From the NCBI GenBank assembly GCA_000182565.2, contig KQ257456.1: 64,000 nt of DNA. One strand, 5' to 3'. Position 1 is the stretch's first letter. Every line of letters starts with the position of its first letter. Source of the stretch: Spizellomyces punctatus DAOM BR117 (lineage: Eukaryota). Shown here piece by piece: positions 34,199 to 53,150 of this stretch. A program made the translations under genes and the position numbers. The notes under the pieces are model-generated. The model was given only the letters and a program-made list of their open reading frames with translations. It searched no databases and was not told where the DNA came from.

Positions 34199-34850
34199 CA
34201 TCAGGATATTGAGAACATCAGGACAAACTCTCACACACGATGCCCTAGCGAGAGTGTGCACCTGATGCTATCTGGAAAGGAACACTTGAGAGACTAAAAG
34301 TGGCTTTGAGAGGTATACCGAGAATCGATGTTGCGTATGATTTTCTGTTGAAGGCGCTTTTGGAGGAGTATAGGAACAAAGCAAGATTCATCGGCAAAGT
34401 AAGCGGAGTGGATTTAGAGATTGCGAGCAACGAATAGATCCCCTGGATTGTTGCGGGGTACCATGGCTTAGACAGCACTAGATCAATTGAAATGAAAGGA
34501 TCAGCTTGAATGAAAGATGCACTTGGTGAGCGGGAACTATGAAAAGCCACATTTGGTGGAAAATGGAGATGCAACGTCACGTCAAAAGGGATGAGACCCT
34601 CGAAAAAAAAACGCCATAGTCACTGCACAAAGTAGACTAGACAAGTAACCCGTTTCCAGAACGGTTGATAGGATCGATGAGTTGCGTAATGAGATTGTGT
34701 GGTGAGCGCACACGAGTTAACTATTGGGGGAGGGATTAGAATTTAAACTGGCCCAACAAACTCAGCCCATCGTTAACTTTGTGGGGGGCGCGTGGAGTGT
34801 TGCAACTTTTTTGTTCAATCGTTCCCAAAAAAACCTACATACCTGCAGGA

Positions 34851-36511
34851 ATGAGAGCTGCAATTGTCTTTGTGACTGCTCTCTGTGCAAGTAGGGCATG
34901 GGGCATGCCCGAAGCATCGTTTTTTACTGCAGTCGTCTCGTCCGCTTCCAGTGGCAACCTGGACACATATGATATTATAAGTGCGCAGCCCATTACAGGA
35001 ATTCAGTCTCCGGTGTTTCCACTCTTATTCAACACTCTAGCGGCCCCTGCTTCATGGGTGGTGAGTAATGGTCGTTCAGCGCTCAGGCTCGTGCGAAACT
35101 CTACGGAGGCACGTGGAATTTGTGCTCATCCGTAGCTGTGGGTCTGGTGACAGGGACATGTACAAGACGTTGCTGATGGGTGTGCGTTCAACACTACTAC
35201 TCTGTTGAGCCTTGGCAATATCCGTCGGGTGCCTCTTCTCGAACTAGGGACTGCGGATTGTGAACCACTAGACGCTCTACAAGGAATCTCTACATTACGT
35301 CCTGCTGGCGTTCTCGTCTATGCCGCATCATCAGATAATCAGCTCAAGTATCCAGATACCTTGGAGCAGTCCCGCTTTCCCATCATTCAGATTGAAAGGA
35401 AGGTGGCCCAAAGCATTAAAACCGCGATTCTGGAGCTGGCAAGCCGGAATATCACTGGTGCGGGGGCGGTGAATACTTCAATGGCGATTGCGTATGCGGC
35501 CGTGACTCAAGCGATACCAGATGCAACGCCAAGTCCACGCATTCCGCAAGGAAATGTGGATGTCGGGTTACTCTGGCAATTTGGACTGGCGGTAAGAAAG
35601 ACCAGTCGCCAACATGGTGTAGATCGACAAACCTCATGACATTGGTACTTTGCATGCAGCTGATCGGTGGTATCCTCTTTTTTGGCATTCCCTGCACGTG
35701 TGTGCTCTCATGGTGGGCTCGAAGACGGATCGAAGCTAGCAGAGCACTGACCTTGGCGGATGTCGAAGCGAATGTGCTTGTGGCCGACATGTCCTCACAC
35801 CAGTCGAGCAGCAACCTTATGAAGGAAACAGATTTGAAGCATTTCCCCATCAAACGGTATCGTCCGCATCAATTCAAACGACAGCAGCTCTCAATATGCG
35901 ACGAGAAGATATCTGTTAAGGAATCCATGAAGCGGGAAAGTGGTGCACCTCAGACGCCAACGACCTGCCCACCCGACTTCCTCCGCACTTCAACCTTCCC
36001 CGATTCGACCATCACCCTTTCAGAAGAAGAACCGCAACCACCTACCCATCAAAGCATTCCCGAAATCAGCGACACTGCATCCTTACGATCCACAGCAAGA
36101 TCACTGGCATACTGTATCGACAATTGTCCAATATGTTTGGACCAATTTGAAGAAGGGGAACCTATTCGAGAACTTTTACCGTGTCAACACTACTTTCACA
36201 ACGAATGCATTGAACCCTGGCTAACTCAACGGAAGAGTATATGTCCCATGTGCAGAATAAATCTGTTAGAGACTTGCGGGAGTTCCCCAAATATTCCTGG
36301 CGTGGATCTCGGTGACGGGCTCACGGCTCCACGAGTTGAAGAGAGACGTGCATTGGGTCAAGACCAACCGGTCGTTCACGAAGAATTGTCCGTCGATAAT
36401 GCCGCGACACACCCATACCGAGTACCATCCTATCCGCACAGTGACATTGGCACACGCGTTCCCCTTTACGACTTGGCAGACGGACACCCGCGAGATTTAT
36501 CAAATTCATAG
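34851..36511 (+). CDS. PA-TM-RING-H2 E3 ubiquitin ligase (RNF13/GRAIL-like)
   Basis: Signal peptide, PA-like segment, TM helix, and CPICLDQF..LPCQHYFHNECIEPWL..CPMC. Confidence 0.88.
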
Positions 36512-38432
36512 CACATAGTGTATAATTGTAGTCATTATGTACAGAGCACGGTTTAATCGGCATTTTTACTTTTGTTTCGCAACGCAGTTTTTGATGATGG
36601 CAGTTTAGTTGATGAGGCTTGGTGGCAGCCTATTTGATAGACGAATCCATTGAATTAAAACACAACAAGTACAAAAAGTAGTACCCGGAAATCCAACGTG
36701 CAAATCGACCTTCAAAAGTGCTTGATCTTTCCTACATCTAAGCGTTGCAACATGCAGTTACTTAAGATTTAAGGCGCAGCAGATAGACTTGAGTTCCGAC
36801 CAAGACTAGGCAGCCTTACCCATTTTGAGCATGATTTAAATGATTAAAAATATCAAAGGTACCCGAGTTCACAGGCCGATAGAAGGACATTCAAAATCAG
36901 CCCAACACGATTTGGTGTCGCACTAACTTGTCAGATACTAGCATGACTTTCACCTCTCCATGGGACACATTAGAATCGCATTATTGTGTTAAATCTAAAT
37001 AAGAACAATCTGCAAACTTCCATAGCTGAACGGACCACTGCTTCGGCAAACATTCCTCAAAGAATTTATGAAGACAGCAAGGATGTCTTTTGGGTATAAG
37101 AAAAGATACACCATGCTCACATATCTCCATACGAGGTATTAAAACTTGCCTCCTTTGCCACATCCTTCTCCTTCATTGTCGCCTGTTATTCCTGCCAAAC
37201 CATTAAATGGGAGACTGCGCTAGTCGCTCCCGTTGTGCCCGTACTCCATACAGATGGTACTTACTACCTGGAACCTGAGACATTGGACTTGCAACGTTGC
37301 GTACCAGACCCGACTATGACATACGCCGGCCTGCTTATTTGTCATGCCAGAATTCGCTTCAAAGTGATCGAGCGACTGTCGCACGTCTTTGTTCGATAAT
37401 CTCTTTGAAGAACCCGATATTTGGTTTAATCTCAAAATGTGTGTTTCTTCCCACTACTTCGTATTGATAACAGCCTTGCCTTATGAACACTTTACTGTCG
37501 CATTTGGAGTATTGCTGCAAGCCGATTTTGAACGACATTTATCTTTGGTGAGATTGACCAACTTTTTGGAAAGGCAAACTCATCGCATGTATAGCAATTG
37601 ATCCGATTGGGTGAATGAGTTGGAAGGGCTTTGTATACCGACCTATCATGTCTGGGCAAGAGAACAAAGCACAAAGGAACCAAAGCACTGCATCATGTTT
37701 TAGGCGTCGCACAATGTGGACTCTTCCACTCGATCACGCTTTGTTTGGCACCTTCACAATACCATCTCTTCCTGCTCTAGTTAAAGACAGCCTTTCAAGC
37801 ATGGCCGATAGTGCCTATATTCCATCCTCTGAGCAACAACCGGAACTAAAGGCCCATACAGATCGCAACGTAATCAACATGATCGCGTGTGCGCAGCCGT
37901 TTGATGAATCCACATTGCTGGGTTCTATTGCGTGATGACGTGATAATTACTACAACAAACCCAAAAAGAATTTATCCGAAAAGTGTGAGAAAATCCCCAT
38001 CAAAGAAACTGACCGTGGATAATAACCCCAAATTTTCCCACGGTCCAACACCGTGAGACTTTTTTGTTTTTGGAGGGGCGAATAGTGGGGAAGTTTGAGG
38101 AGATGTTAATAATGGGATTGTGTGTTTTTCTTTTTTTTTTTGGATTTCTCAGCGAGCGATTTTGAGAAAGTCACTGCGCTTTTTCGCTTTGGATAATGTT
38201 GGAGGTTAAGCAAACGGAAGTGTTGGCATTCTTGAATGACTAGGATGATTCCACCGTAGGAGGGATTGGCCAATGAGTTACATAGCATACAATAAAAAAC
38301 AGAGATAAAATCACTTGTTGTTCTAGTGGGAGGTGGAGCATCCTGGGACCTTTTAGTTCTCGTAGCCGGAAGCTTTCCTTGTCAGTGATATTTGGGCGAT
38401 CTGCTGCCATTCCCGCTGCAACATAAACGAGA

Positions 38433-43162
<4,730 letters not shown>

Positions 43163-43467
43163 CTTGGGTGTAATTAGACATTTTTTGCTGTGGGATTTTT
43201 TTAATGTAAGGGGATGATTTGGATGATTTTCAGGGAAGGACACTGTAATTATCTCCCCCTTTCCACATTAGTTTCTATGTAGTACACAAGTAGGCTATAC
43301 GTGTGGGGTAGCACTACTCCATGCTGTCTTCTCGCAACATAATTAAGATTTTTTTTGGTCGTTATATAGATATCGACCGTTGCTGTCATAGTTATAGATT
43401 TCCTAAATGAATACAAGTTGAAAGTGGCCAACGAGGGCAAGGACCGATGAGTATCGAGATGAGGTCT

Positions 43468-46072
43468 CTAAAACATTGTAGTGCCTAGACAAATGCCAGC
43501 AAAAAAAGAGTTGGAAAACCGCGAAACAATGTCAAGCACCATGTCGTAGGAAACTCACCAGTGTACCCCTCATTCGTCGCTTCACCACCATCCCATCCAA
43601 CCGCCTCCTTGTGCTTGAATGTGAACCCAACAAACTCTCTCCTCAACATCCCTACATCACCTTTCGGGGCACCCTTCTTTTCCATATCCTTCATCCGGTC
43701 CTGCACCTCCTTGTACATGGCCATATCCTTGGGATCCTCGAAATCATCAAAATAGGTGGTATCCGTTTCTGCTTTTAACGTAGGTATGAAAGGAGGGGGA
43801 TGTGCTGGATCATCCGCACGAAGGATTCCAAAGTTTGTGGACGCAAAGAAAGGATGAGATGTAACTTGTGATAGAGATGCCAATCGATTTTGTGTGTGTG
43901 TGATGAGTGATTTGACGAGTGACCATGCTGTGTCTGTTAAATTGAACTCCTCGTCAGCGCCGGTGTAGTGTGGTCTTTCAAGAACTTTTTCCCAGTGATA
44001 GACATTCACCCAAACATCGTCGGTTGTGGGAGCTGTGAAGGGTGGATAACCTTTTACACAGAAAAATTAGAGTTGAATGTGACTGGGCTACTGGGAAAAG
44101 AAGTTACATACCAACGAGACATTCAAAAAGGATGCAACCTATGCTCCAGTAGTCAACTGCTAGTCCATATCCGGCCTTATTGTTCATGAGAACTTCAGGT
44201 GCCATATAGTCTGGGGAGCCAACGAGGGAATAGGCCTATTATCGTAAAGGAAGAAGAGAATATTGCAATCAATGATGGGCAATGTGAGTTTAGTAGAAGC
44301 AAAAAACGTTACCTGCATATCCTCCCTTCGGATGGATTTGTGAATGCTACGACGCTCAGCAGTTGAAAGATGCGTGAGCGGCATGTCCTTGACCTTATCG
44401 AGCTGATTTATGAAAGTAATATAAGAAAAAACTCCATCGGACATGAGGGCTAATCACAGTCGGTAGTCTGCATTCTCACCTTGACCCTCAAAGATTCCAC
44501 AACAGCGGGACTCAGCGCACCCCGACTCAATCCAAAATCTGTGAGCTTCAAATGGCCACTAGCATCAATGAGAAAGTTTTCTGGTTTCAAATCTCTGTCA
44601 AGGCAATGAATTACATACGAAATCCATCACTCATTTGTAATGATGACAAGAACTTACCTATGAATGTATCCCAATCGATGCAACTCTCCTACAGCAACAA
44701 ACATCTCTGCAACATAGAATCGGGCATGCTCTTCTTTCAATACCCCACTATTATTGAGCAGAGTGCGCATGTCTCCTCCTGGAACATATTCCTGTTTTGC
44801 ATCGAAATATTTCAGGCCCGAGATCCCCAATATAATTTATCAGGTTGTAATTCGTACCATTGCCAGATAAACATGTTCGTAATCTTGGAATGCGTAAAGT
44901 AGTTTAACGAGCCAAGGGCTGTTGGTGCGGGTAAGTATATCCCGTTCCGTAAGAATGTGTTGAATCTTGGGGACGAACAAAAGAGGTGAGTGTGGTGGAT
45001 CTTTGTTGGTGTGAACGTAAAACAATAGCAGCTGGTACCTCTCCAAGCTTGTGAAGCAGCTTTTTGCTCATTTTCTTCAGCGCACATAGTTCTTTTGTGT
45101 CGTTCTTTTTGGCGAGGAAAACCTTGAATAATGTATACATGTTCAGTTGACGGCTGCTTTTTAAAAAATGAATTTCTGAGAGGTAAGTTTACCTGTCCAT
45201 ATCCACCCTGCCCAACCTGCGTGATAATACTAAAGTTCGCCAACCGAGTCCTTGTCCGACGCTTTCGTAGGTGAGCGCGCTCTTTTCCACAGAGGTAATT
45301 CCATTCCGTATTATACTGCTCTTCTGTGCACTAAGATCGATTGCATGAGGTGTAAAAAAAATGGGGTAAAGATGAGTGGCGTTCTTTAAAATGAATCCTT
45401 ACCCTGCGTTCTCGCATGTCTTCTTTGAACCTTTGTAAGCGCTGCTTCCGTTGGTCCAAGTAGGACAAGAGATCAAAATAGTAGTCAAGGAAATCTATAC
45501 GTGGGATCAAGTCGGCATTGAGTCCGCTGCTCGTCAATGACCGTCGCAGAATGAAGCCAGTACTCACAAACATTGGTCATTTCACATCGTCTCCGGGTTC
45601 CCGCACTTGGGGTGAAGGGCTCATCGGCTTCTCTTCGGGAGGATCCAACGGCATGGACGGTCTGAGGCCGCTGATCTCGCAAAGTTACCATGCTCGGATT
45701 TCCTTTGTGACTTTTGCAAGTCACCTCTTGTTCTTCAGCAGCAGGAGATGCATGTCGGGCCGGCCTGGCAGGTCGAGTGGGCTTCGGGGGAGGGGCAGGC
45801 TTAACGACCATTCCAACTGGCGCTTTTCCCTTTTTATCCATCCTTGGTAAACTCTGCGTCTTGTCGCTAAATGTCATACTGGCCATGGCATCCGTTAAGC
45901 GATCTTGGGAGGTCGGGATGTGATGAATCGGAACAGGAATGCGAGTTCGAGGCTGCTGTACTTGACTTTCGGTAGCTGGAGGAGCTGGAAGTGGATGAGC
46001 TCTTCTGGGCGGTACCGGTGGGGCTGCAGCCAAAGGAGCGGCACCGGCAGGTCGAGGAATGTTAGAGAGCAT
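43468..46072 (-). CDS. DBF2: NDR-family kinase Dbf2/Sid2-like (multi-exon)
   Basis: [43 protein letters not shown] and C-terminal FVGFTFKH; last exon ...GTTMF*. Confidence 0.9.
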
Positions 46073-47639
46073 GCTGTTGGAGAGTTTTTCGACAATGTGA
46101 TAGTGAAGTGAAAGGGAATAAGAAGGTGCAGATCTAGTTGCAATAGCACAGCATGCATTAGATTCTATCATACACCCATTTCCAAACAGATAACAAAGGC
46201 CCCGTTGATGCTGATCAGATCCGGATTTTACCTTTAATCCTGCCTGGTCGTCTACTCAGCAAGAAAACCTCCCCAACCTATTTACCAACAAGGAGGTTTT
46301 TGGCAAGCCAGAGGAATTATCGAGCGAGAGGCCATTTTCCAGATGCTAGCTTCCCGCCCATTTTTTGTAGACGTCGCTCCGGGCCAGACAAACTGGTAAA
46401 TTCTCCGATCCTCATTATGCTGGGAACGACGGATCAAGATATTTTAAAAGGACTGTGACAAAAGTTTGCAGAGCGATTCTTTATACACAAATCGGTCAAG
46501 AGCTATACACAACGGCACATTTGAAAGGAAGTTGAAAATAAAGCTAAAGTCTGGTCCTGTTAAACTTTCCGCGTCGCTGTCCAGACGACGCCAGGACCAT
46601 AACCCCTCACAGCTTTCTTTTGTATCGGTTTAGCTTTAGCTCTCCTTCAGATAGAGAGTGCGTGTGCTCTGGCCGCCCACCATTGAACAAGACCTCAAAA
46701 AAAAAAAAAAAATGGGAGGATGCATAACGGATGTACCAAGGTTGATGTGACGACGCCCTGGCATTCGGGTCGTCTCCCATGTAGAGCCCTGTTAGACCTA
46801 GTAGTCACCAACCATGAACTGAAACCAAACTTTTAAAAAAGGGAGTAGAAGACATTTACGACGGATAATGCACACTCTGCCAAAAGCGAGCACAGAGTTG
46901 AGCATTCAAGCTGAACAACATGCGCAGGAACAGTTATTCCTGCTGAATAGGTTTGTCCAACAGTTTAAGCATTGGTGATATTTGGAGTTTTAAGCGACAT
47001 TGCATTCGTCCCCAATCCATTTTTCTCTTGGCGCCCCCTTAAACTTACTTGCGAGTACCCGATCTGCCAAGAGACGTGGGTTTTGTGATGGGACTGAAAT
47101 CAGCAACGGTTGTTTGGCGCATGTCAAGCTATAATAAGGGGGGCTCTCTTTATGAATTGAATGGAACCAGCATCTCTCCTTTTGTAGTCCAATGTGTGTG
47201 TGTATGGGTTCCGCATAAAGAACAACACACATTAAAAAGAAGCTACAGAAGCTCATTCATCGTGTGCCGTGGTCGTCGTTCTTGTTTTTTTTTGGGTTTC
47301 AAGCCTTTTAGAAAAACAAAAAAAAACGTTAATTTACTGCGCAAGTGATTTCTGTGGTTCGGAACCCCCCCGCAAAACGCGGACGCTTTATTCCAAAAAT
47401 TGAACACCTTTTGGGATTTTGTTGGGTATCGATTTGCAACCTTCTGCAAAGGGCTGCGCAACGATTTTCTTCCCTTTTTTTTCGTTTTTTGGATTCGATC
47501 ATATGCAGTCTTGATTTCGCTATCGCTCGACTAGACGATCCCTTTCATGTTGTTATATGTCGGCAGGTCTTAGGCGTTACACCCTTGAAGAGCTGTCGCG
47601 GATAGATAGATCGGACTTTGAAAGTCTTGCGTTATTGCC

Positions 47640-50415
47640 ATGCTCGGCTTGGAAAAGAGTACGTTAGATCGTAGCTCGCCTTTTGCGGCATTGACCAGTT
47701 TCGCAACGGCCGTCAGCAACAGTGACAAGAACGACAAACGACCACCAACTAGTATTATACAGGGCGGACGTAGAAGTTTTCGCCATATGGGGAAAGGTAG
47801 CGGAGGAGGCGGGCCTCCGGCTGCGACACCCTCGTCCATCCTAAAACGATTACGAAGACCAGGCTGTCTACGCGGCGTCATATGCATTGCCCTCATGTGC
47901 TTTGTAGCATACACAGTTCTTCTGAGTGGACCTACCGGACGAGGCTATCGGGATGTGATACGCGCCACAACGTCACCTTTGGCGAGACCCCCCGCAGTAC
48001 AGCACCAAAACGATGCAGAAGATCACTCATTATATCATGATGCCAAGGGAGGTCGCTTGGAGGAGCACCCAAAGGGGCAAGTCCCCATACAGGAGCGTCC
48101 AGACGAGCGCTCATCTTATCATAACGTCGAGGCAGGTCACTCAGAGGAGCCCCGACTCGTTCCAGGAAGGGGGAGCTCTCGTCTACCGGCTGCTAAACTA
48201 CCAGATCCCATAACGGGCTCCACCGACACATCCAACCCAGTTGTCCCACCTCCCGACTCTGATCCTTCACGGCGACCCATGTCCCGACCTGATGGTCTGC
48301 TGGCAGGCCTATTCCCAGGAAAGAATTCCAATGAAACAATTACATACTTGCTAGAGCAATATGATGCATTAAAGCGAAATCTTCAAGAGGAGATTGAAAA
48401 GGCTGTTAAAGCTGATCGCGAACGACGAAATAATGAGCAAAAGCAACTACTAGAAGCTGAACTTGCGCAACGCATTGGTGTTGAGCGACAGACAATAGAA
48501 AAAGAGTATGAAAAGAAGCTAGCGTCCGAACTGGAAAGAGTAAATGCAAATAAACAGCAAGCAGACAAAACAGTAAAGGCAGAATTGGATCGAATATTCA
48601 CGATTCAAGAGAGTTCGGATCCTTCTTCCCGGATTTTCAATCCGGATCTCGCTTTAAAAATGCACGGCACCAAAGAAGTGAGGCTTGCGGGTTTCAAATG
48701 GTGTACGACGCTGGAAGGAGCAGACTTTAATGCTTGGATTCATATCGGTTAGTGTTGTTGCAATCAAGATGTGTGGGTCTGTTTAAACCCGTTTAATTTA
48801 TGCTCACGATACTTTTAGCTCCACTTGGTGGCAACCTCATAACAGCGAATCCTTCAAGATCCTTGGCAGCGAGTATGATTGATGCACTTGCACGAAAAGT
48901 GTATGATAATGTCATGTCATGGGCAGAGCATGAATCCTTTGATCCGACCAATGTGCGTCGCTTTGCGTGCTACATGGCAGCTCATGGCAAAAATGAATAT
49001 GCGCTTGCCACCGATGGAATGTGGTTGCTGCATGTGAACGGGACAGCATATTTTCCGGAGCTGACGTTAGAGGGGCCTGGAAATTCCCCTGTTAGAGGAC
49101 AAAAGCAACTGGGTGGGCGACATAATCGACGAGCTGTCGAACCTACCGGAGAGCAGGACAATGCAGTTCTGCAAGGCGACCACAAAGATAAGAAGGACAG
49201 TAATGCCGATGACAAGGAAGGGTCCAACAATGCACCAACAAACACCTCATCCAGTGCACTAAAATTCATCAAAAATCGCTCGGACCCACCACCCAAACAA
49301 CGCCATTCTGCGCCAACTACGCCTCTTCCGAACCGACGTCGTTATAAGATTGCGTATCTGCTTCTCGTTCACGAACGCTTAGACGTCTTTTCCACGCTCT
49401 TTGATGCTCTCTACGATCAAGATGGCGTTTTCCTCATCCATGTCGATGCTAAGCGGTCCGATTTCCGTGCAGAGGTTCACAAGTGGTTGAGTTCGCACAA
49501 GGTTTATGCCGATAGTGACAATATATTCGTCATGGAGAATTCATTCAACATGAACTGGGGTGCAAGCAGTATCGTCTTTGGACAACTGCAGGGGTTTTTC
49601 ACCCTGATGGATCTGGCCGACTGGGATTATGTCATCAATTTGAGTGGATATGACTATCCTGTTAGGAGTTCGAAGGCTATTCATGCTATATTGGAGGTGA
49701 GCACTCGTCATGTGTCGGCAATGTACCAAAAGCAGCTCACCTACTGTTGCCGTGTTCCCAGCGAGATCCCGGTAAAGCGTACATTGAACACTGGTACGAC
49801 TCTGAAATCGAATGGCGCCTTGAGCGGCCTTTCTTCCTTACCCGATCTCGTACATCCGTCCGAACTCCTTCCACGGCGCCCGAACGCCGGTTCCCATTGG
49901 ATCACCGCTTCCGAGCAATCAAGCACCATCAATGGATGATTCTCCCACGAGCTTTTGTTCAATACCTCCGCAGCAGCCCAGATGCTCATGACCTTCTCGC
50001 TTGGTCAGAGCACAGCTGGATTCCAGACGAAAGCTACTTTGGGATGGTCGCTTTGGCGAAAAGCAGCACAGAAGGGGGTTGGAGTGATAAAGTCATCAAC
50101 GATTGCAAACGGTTTATATATTTCGAAAAGGGGGCAATGCATCCCATTTGGCTAAAGAACGGAGACGAAGGAAAATTGGAACCAGGCGGAAAAGTGGAAG
50201 TCAGTTTACCTCTCAACTCGACACAATTGGCTGATCCGAGCAAGCGACCTCGAGAATTCTTTTTTGTGAGAAAGATTAATTCGTTATGGGAAAAAGGTAT
50301 TCGTCAGTGGATGGACGATCGGAGAAGGGAGGTTGATGAGGCACTTAAAGAGGAGATTGAGGCGGTAGATAAAAGGTTTTGGGATGGGGAGGAATCAGAT
50401 TATAGTATTTACTAG
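47640..50415 (+). CDS. GT14 (core-2/I-branching / xylosyltransferase-like) type II membrane glycosyltransferase
   Basis: TM anchor; KIAYLLLVH, IHVDAK, WG.SSI, WDYVINLSGYDYP, QWMIL.R.F, PDESYF and FVRK motifs. Confidence 0.88.
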
Positions 50416-50856
50416 ACGCGAGACTGTCGGCGGATAATTATGTGTAGAGTATTTTATTTTTTATTACTTAGTACCCTGAATGACAATCGTTCATATCAAG
50501 CATGTCACTACTTTTAAACAGACGGACGTTCCACTTGACTCGGGACCTTCTCGGGCCCATCTGACATATTAAATTGGGCAAGAAAGACTGTCAGTCTGCA
50601 GATAGATGCAGCCACTGGATCGAATCAAATGCAAGATGCCTTGATCTAAGCAAATGAACTATGGTTCGATGCACAAAAGATGCTCCATCATGAGAAAACG
50701 GGTCCGATATGTGTGGCCAGTATGAAAAACGGGTCCAATACCTGCGATAATGAACAGATTGCAATTACTATCCCTTGCGGCCATCTGACAGCCATCTATG
50801 AGAGGAATATTCTGCAGTTGCCACATCTATGACACTCCATGACTCAATCTTTTTCC

Positions 50857-50864
50857 TATATAAA
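50857..50864 (+). promoter_or_regulatory. Putative TATA box of ghost 2 internal transcript
   Basis: TATATAAA plus pyrimidine tract, about 100 bp upstream of ATG 50956. Confidence 0.55.
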
Positions 50865-50955
50865 CCCCCCCTCGTCCCCTTCCCCCCATCTTGTTTCTTT
50901 ATCCCTCGACTCTTGAAGCATCTGCCCGACGCTCAAGCACTCTCTCAAGTCCATC

Positions 50956-51297
50956 ATGAGAGTACTGCTCTGGTGCCGAGGACCTCGCCCTCCCGATGAC
51001 TACAACCAACTGGAACCAGCAGCAACCACTCGGAACCAACAAAGCTGCTGTTATGCTACCACATTAGTTGAGCTTGGTTGGTATGTACTGATTGCATCAT
51101 TTTATTTCTTGTCATCGGGTGATCTTCTGACATGCATTTTTTGTAGTCTCCAAGCCTTGTCACTGAACATCCTCTGGCTTGTGACGCTGCCCAGTCGATT
51201 CGCTCCTGGATGCAAGAGTCTGGCTTCAATGCCATCAAGAGTTCCAGATCAAGGCCTAGTAGGGACCGCGTGTGGTGGTGGGCAGTTATCCGGTTAG
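50956..51297 (+). CDS. Spliced small ORF (91 aa) inside ghost 2, with WCRGPRPPD motif
   Basis: ATG at 50956; intron 51081-51146 (GTATGT..CTGAC..GTAG) at the same position as in ghost 1; same stop context. Confidence 0.45.
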   Translation: MRVLLWCRGPRPPDDYNQLEPAATTRNQQSCCYATTLVELGWYVLIASFYFLSSGDLLTCIFCSLQALSLNILWLVTLPSRFAPGCKSLASMPSRVPDQGLVGTACGGGQLSG

Positions 51298-51343
51298 AAC
51301 AACCGTTACGTATTGCGTGTATAATTGCCTAGTAGTAGCTTAG

Positions 51344-51432
51344 CTTTTCCGAACTGGTTGTCGCCGGTTTATTCCCTGGTGTGCGAGGCACTGACATTTG
51401 TTTTTGCCAATACACTATTAAATTCTCCGATA
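51344..51432 (+). ncRNA. Fanzor omega-RNA (74-nt scaffold 51344-51417 plus guide TTAAATTCTCCGATA)
   Basis: CTTTTCCGAACTGGTTGTCGCCGGTTTATTCCCTGGTGTG...TACACTA; both stems retained. Confidence 0.8.
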
Positions 51433-51907
51433 AGCTATAGGATTTCTATCCGCGGTAGTTGTCTCGTGCTCATGACTGGTGAACATTATGCTCAATTAAT
51501 TGGAAGAGACAACACAGCTCCGACAAGGATTCAGGGCCATTACTAGCTGGCTACTGATCGCAATCAAGATGCTGCAGTCATATATGCCCTGTAACTGATG
51601 GCAAATGCCCTCGCCAGGTATAATCAGCCTGCGGTTGTGGAGGATAGCAAAATGCAAGGAATCTTCGGAGATTTAGATCGAATCTCAGGTGCCCCTTGGG
51701 AATGTTTTGATGGGGCCCGGATATTTTCTTGTTTTGGGGATCCTTTTGACATCGTCAGGTTCTGAGTACTATCGCACCGAATGGATCGCTTTGTTCAATT
51801 TCGGAAGTTTTCTGCAGAATGTTGCTTTGTCAGTCCGGGGTTTTTACCTCAATAGAGCGGGTTTCTCCCATCCCGCGGGGTCGAATGGGGGATAGTTTGA
51901 TGTTTGA

Positions 51908-53150
<1,243 letters not shown>

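Larger units (their letters stand above)
50567..51417 (+). mobile_element. Non-autonomous Fanzor1-type 'ghost' element, copy 2 (different TIR family; left end degenerate and uncertain)
   Basis: Homologous to ghost 1 over about 50857-51382; right end ...CAATACACTA; about 21/29 inverted match at 50567-50595 preceded by CATA (50565-50568). Confidence 0.8.

Noticed and set aside
36900..37950. Short ORFs between the RING E3 and ABCC genes
   Set aside because: No coherent exon chain or recognisable domain; possibly a decayed gene, but not supportable.
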